Positions 60,930 to 64,000 of a stretch of 64,000 bases of DNA are shown here, piece by piece. Each line of letters opens with the position of its first letter. The stretch's first letter is position 1. Position numbers and translations under genes: made by a program. Source of the stretch: Anthoceros angustus (lineage: Eukaryota; Plantae; Anthocerotophyta); assembly GCA_010909165.1 (NCBI GenBank), contig MU008174.1:1-64000 (forward strand). The letters run 5' to 3'. Below the pieces are notes generated by a model. It saw only the letters and a list, made by a program, of their open reading frames with translations, had not been told where the DNA came from and did no database searches.

Positions 60930-62570
60930 TCCACAAGCAGCGTCAGACTTGGGAGAACCACAATCTTATCAAGAGGCAATCACGTCCGTAGAAAAGGAAA
61001 AGTGGCAAGAGGCCATAAGATCAGAATTCAACTCGCTAGTGGAGAATGATACTTGGGTACTAGAGGATCTACCACCAGGAAGGGTGCCAATTTCGAATCG
61101 TTGGACCTTCAAGCGGAAACTCAATCCCGACGGGTCTACAGCACGGTACAAGGCCAGACTCGTTGTTCGGGGCTTCTCTCAGCGTGAGGGAATAGACTAT
61201 AATGAGACCTTCTCACCAGTGGTGCGATCTTCCTCCGTGAGAACTTTACTGTCCATCGCAGCATTAAAGGGACTTCACGTCCATCAGATGGACGTTCAGA
61301 CGACCTTCTTGAATGGAGTACTGGAGGAGACCATTTATATGCTCCAGCCAGAAGGCTTCATCAGTAAAAAGTATCCGACATGAGTATGCAGACTGAAGAA
61401 GACACAATATGGCCTGAAGCAAGCACCAAGGGGATGGAACCGACGTCTGAACACCTTCCTTTTGAAGCATGGTTTCAATCAATTAGCAGCAGATGGAAGC
61501 GTCTACGTCTACTCAAAGGGCAGTGAGGTAGCCTACTTGGCTATTTATGTGGACGATACCCTTATCATAGGGTCCTCCATGCTAATTGTCGAAGAGGTCA
61601 AGCGTACTTTGTCATCAGAATTCAAGATGACTGACCTTGGGCAGTGCAAGTTTTTCCTAGGAGTGCAGGTTATAATCAACAGACAAACCGGCGATATCAT
61701 CCTTCATCAAATGCACTACGTGGAGAGACTTCTAGACAAGTTTAACATGAGAGATGCTAAGCCAGCAGCAACTCCGGCAGCAGTGGGAGTTGTTCTTACT
61801 CAAGATCAGTGCCCTAGCAGCCAAGCAGAAATAGATGAGATGGCTAAGGTCCCTTATAGGATGCTCGTAGGATGCTTACTGTGGTTAAGCTCATGGACCA
61901 GGCCAGACATAGCATTCGCCACCTCTGTCGTATCCCAATTTCTCTCCAATCCCGGCCAGCTTCATTGGTCAGCGGCTAAGAGGATTTTGCGATACCTTAA
62001 GGGCACTGCAAACCATGGGCTGCACTACACAAAACAATCAGGTAATCAAGTCGAACTTTCATATTACCTTTCAGTTAGGGCATCGATGGACACAAAGATC
62101 GGTCTCGGCATTACATGTAAAAGACACAGTGGTGGTCATCTAAAAAGCAATCGATTGTGGCCTACGATCGTGAGGCGAATATTCTTTTTAGCAGCTCAAG
62201 AGGTAATGCATATGCGGTCCCTTCTGGACACACTTGGACATGAGCAGAAAGTGCCTTCATGTATTTGGTGTGATAATCAGTCAGCGATAGCCATCGCCAA
62301 GAATCCTGTGGCACATTCCCGCACAAGGCACATAGATGTTAAACAACATTTCATTCGTAAGGCAATAGAAGACAAAGTTCTTGATTTGAAGTATATCTGT
62401 ACGAGCGACAACATGGCAGATCAGTTGACAAAGGCACTGGCCAAAGAAGCACACTGGAAACATACAAGAGCACTAGGTATTGAAGCAGTTGAAGTTAACA
62501 AGCAGAAAGCTGACCATTCAACGTGAAGCTCGAAGACAAGATATGTATGCTGCAACTAGCCTAAGTGGGA
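60930..62570 (+). mobile_element. Ty1/copia RT-RNase H (stop/frameshift disrupted) ending in a PPT at ~62563
   Basis: EPQSYQEA, YKARLVVRGFSQ, HQMDV, YVDD, CDNQSAI, RTRHIDVK, ADQLTKAL, aagtgggag. Confidence 0.92.
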
Positions 62571-62759
62571 GTAGAAAGATTTAGATGGAAATAGTGTAGT
62601 CTAGCAGCAGCATATAGAACAAACCTGTAAATAAAACTATACGTAAATAGCTATAAACAATATGTCCTAAAAGGACCAGAAACCCTAACTGCCGGGCGCA
62701 CATAGGAGCAGCTCTGCTCTGCTCTCCTCTGAAGCTATATTAACCCGGAAGAGGCATCA

Positions 62760-64000
62760 GCCATATGGGATCAGCTAGATAAAACTTATCAGGTTCAAAA
62801 CATACTAGCACTCTATGTAGTAAGGCAAGATTTTTATGCTTTGAAAATGAAAGAGGGAGACAGGATTGCTGCCCATACCAGCAAGTTCCGTCATGTAAGA
62901 GCTCAGCTCACTTTGTTGACTAGTAAACTAATGGACGAAGTGGACGCTGTTGCCCAATTCTTGACCAGTTTACCTCCCTCATACCAATCTTTTGTATCCA
63001 GCCAGAATCGCCCCATACAGGCTGCACAGACTAATGTTGCTTCTAGAAGTGGTAGCACAGTCACTCTTGAAGAGGTGATTGCCGCCTTGTACTAGGAAGA
63101 GCAGAGTCGACTCTTTATATCTGAAGTTCCTAAGAACAAGACATAAAAAGTGTTAGCAGCAAACCGCAAGCCATTCAAAGGGAAGACAACATCGAAATTA
63201 GGAACACGACCTAGATCCATACTTGTTTTATCTTCCCCTACAAAACGACTAGGGAACTATAATTGGTGCGGTATTCCAAGCCATTGGGCCAAGGAATGCA
63301 AAAAGAAAAAGGGTGGAGAGCCTCAGAAAAATTCAAAGGATACAACAAGTATGGTGATAAAGGAAAAACAGTCGGGTGATAAACCCCCTGTTAAGATACT
63401 CACGGTTTGCCTTGTGAGATCACTCTCAAAGAATGGCATCTGGCATCTGGACTCAAGTGCCACATCTCATATCTGCAAAGATAAAGATCAATTCCATTCT
63501 ATGGAAAACAATACATCTTCAGCTAAAGTCCTCCTTGGAGACGAACAAAACAAAACAAGCTTACAAATTCAAGGACAAGGTACCTGTAAATTTATGCTTC
63601 ATAATGGTTCAATCCTGATTATAGAAGATGTGTTGTACGTACCCAGTGTGGCCAAGAACCTCATGTCTATGAGTAGACTTATGCAACTTTGACAGTTTAG
63701 CATGAGTGTAGAAGATGATACTTGTCTCTTCTTCCGAAAAGCCAATCCAGCTGATTATGTCTTTAGGGGTATTCTTGAGAATGACCTCTATTGTCTTGAC
63801 ATATATACCTGTAAACCATCCATAGGCGTAGCTTCTGTCAATACTCAGAGATTAATTATCCTATGGCATGCTAGACTAGGTCACGTCAATAAACATAAGC
63901 TGATAGACATGTCAGTGCAAGAATGTCACAAAGAACCCTTACCTCGCTATGTTAAGGATCTTCCATTATGTGAAGCCTGTATAATTGCCAAACAGAAGCA
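62760..64000 (+). mobile_element. Ty1/copia gag-protease-integrase N-terminus (degenerate, runs off the window)
   Basis: MKEGDRIAAH, zinc knuckle WCGIPSHWAKEC, WHLDSSATSHIC, LWHARLGH...CEAC. Confidence 0.9.

Overview
Eukaryotic nuclear DNA, most likely from a non-seed streptophyte (bryophyte/lycophyte-like: short spliceosomal introns, plant-type SBE3 and Ku80, tRNA-Met and tRNA-Asp PBSs); the species cannot be named from sequence. A ~17 kb gene island (6.8-23.2 kb) sits between TE-rich blocks. It holds a Ku80 paralog reduced to its vWA domain, an intronless GH63 mannosylglycerate/glucosylglycerate hydrolase, a deleted duplicate of SBE3, an intact class-III starch branching enzyme gene (SBE3), and, head-to-head with SBE3, an intronless GT78 mannosylglycerate synthase. 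The synthase and hydrolase for the same compatible solute are thus ~12 kb apart, bracketing SBE3. The right 40 kb is a nest of transposons. The standout is a Ty3/gypsy-type element carrying a C5-cytosine DNA methyltransferase between protease and RT, plus a PHD finger after integrase; it shows no LTR pair and sits as a head-to-tail trimer inside one 4-bp TSD. Also present: a Tat/Athila-like host element, Copia elements, a non-autonomous CACTA and Sola-like transposases. TE reading frames carry many indels (decay and/or consensus errors), so their domain calls come from manual frame-joining and coordinates are approximate. Family assignments are from motif recognition, not database searches.
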